A stretch of 63,933 nt of DNA, filler included, from Welwitschia mirabilis (lineage: Eukaryota), in the NCBI GenBank assembly GCA_051453625.1. It is 5 parts of one record of this genome, joined end to end, with 100 filler letters (N's around TTAATTAATTAA, not from the genome) between each part and the next. Parts side by side here need not be neighbours in the genome. Positions count along the whole stretch, not along the records: positions 62,768 to 63,933 come from JBOZIK010000001.1; 4 more parts are not named here. The stretch is one strand, 5' to 3'. The notes under the pieces are model-generated. The model saw only the letters and a list, made by a program, of their open reading frames with translations. It was not told where the DNA came from and made no database searches. Positions within the stretch are counted from its first letter, which is position 1. Each line of letters starts with the position of its first letter. Both the position numbers and the translations under genes were made by a program. Shown here piece after piece: positions 62,768 through 63,933 of the stretch.

Positions 62768-63933
62768 ATGCAGTTAAGAAACTTCAAATATGCATGTCAT
62801 ATGTACAACGTTGAATGAAACACAACTTGCCACAAATTTTGTCAATCTTTGAAACAACAAGCCCTCGAATGGTACCATAGGATATCAACTCATTTGATCC
62901 GAAGTTTAAAACAATTATTCGAAATGTTGTTCAACATTATTCAATCAATATTACAAAATGGGTTACATGAGATTTCTTGACTACAATGAAACAAAAATTC
63001 AATGAAACGATGCAAGCTTATGTAACATGATGGAGGGTCATTACTTTACAACTAGAGACCTTCATTGTAGACTCTGATATGGCATATCTTCTTGCTAAGT
63101 CTTGTATTCCATACATTTTAAAACATCTCAGAATGCAATCATTTGAAATATTTAAATAAGTTATCATCCTAGTGAAAAGGATTGAAGTTGTAGGAGAAGA
63201 GAAGAGAGCCATAAAATATAGTAATACATCCCAAAAGAGAATTGTCCAAAAGGGACAATAACAATACTAGAAATAACACCCCAAAGAATGTTGCTATCTT
63301 CAATCAACTGATTTAACCAATTTACCCACCCTAACCGATGGGCAACCTAATGATGGTATCAATGGCACCTCAAGCCCCTTTTTCTCCACGAGCCTTTACT
63401 CCTCAACTGATTTAACCAACTTACCATTAGCCATTTTACCCCCCACCATAACAAGTGCAATCGCCATTGCCACCACAACCTCAACAACAGGCATATATGT
63501 CTCAACGTCAAGGTCAAAGTAGACCTCAAAATCAAGCCACAATTTCTCAACATAAAAGGAGTTTCACAAAATTAAATATTCTAATGAGATAAATTCTCTC
63601 AGCATTACTACAAAAGGGGGCAATCCAGTTACCTTCGATTAGACAAAGGGACCTGAATGCACCTAAATCAAGAGGGTATAATGAGTCCAAGTATTATGAA
63701 TATCATCGAATTCGAGGACATCATACTAATAATTGTTTTAACTTAAAACACATTATCCAAGACATTATTGAAAATAAGAAGGACATAAAATTCGATACTA
63801 TTTTAGCAGTATAAATGAACAACTTGAAATTTATAAGAACCCTTTTCCTGCTCAACCTCCTACATCACAATCACCATAGAATGTAGCATTTCAAAATGAT
63901 AATAGCCCCTATGCAATTTTAATAATTCAGAAT
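62768..63933 (+). mobile_element. Degenerate Tat/Ogre-like Gypsy gag
   Basis: FCQSLKQQALEWYH..MKQKFNETMQAYV.W gag core; YYEYHRIRGHHTNNCFNLKHIIQDIIE knuckle-like motif typical of Tat/Ogre gag. Confidence 0.7.

Overview
AT-rich eukaryotic (seed-plant; possibly gymnosperm, inference only) draft-scaffold DNA with many N gaps and four artificial TTAATTAATTAA linkers. Only one intact host gene is evident: an intronless B3-domain RAV/NGATHA-type transcriptional repressor (16732..17880, +, RLFGV motif). It sits in a ~7 kb CpG-retaining island (~11.7-18.7 kb). Its upstream region is a patchwork of a stop-containing ferrochelatase fragment (absent from the ORF track), two copies of an unidentified gene-like fragment, and a cluster of CACCTG/CACTTG boxes. 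The rest is nested, heavily C>T/G>A-decayed transposon debris: several Athila-like Ty3/Gypsy elements (one gag+protease only, two with extra ORFs), a Sirevirus-like Ty1/Copia, a Tat/Ogre-like gag, and a CACTA remnant. The best leads for something undescribed are a ~150-nt structured non-coding motif conserved in four retroelement 3' regions, the captured ferrochelatase fragment, a possible autoregulatory motif cluster, and a 57-bp tandem array built from an LTR-end/tRNA-Met PBS junction. No novel system is proven. All family assignments come from motif recognition by eye, not database searches.
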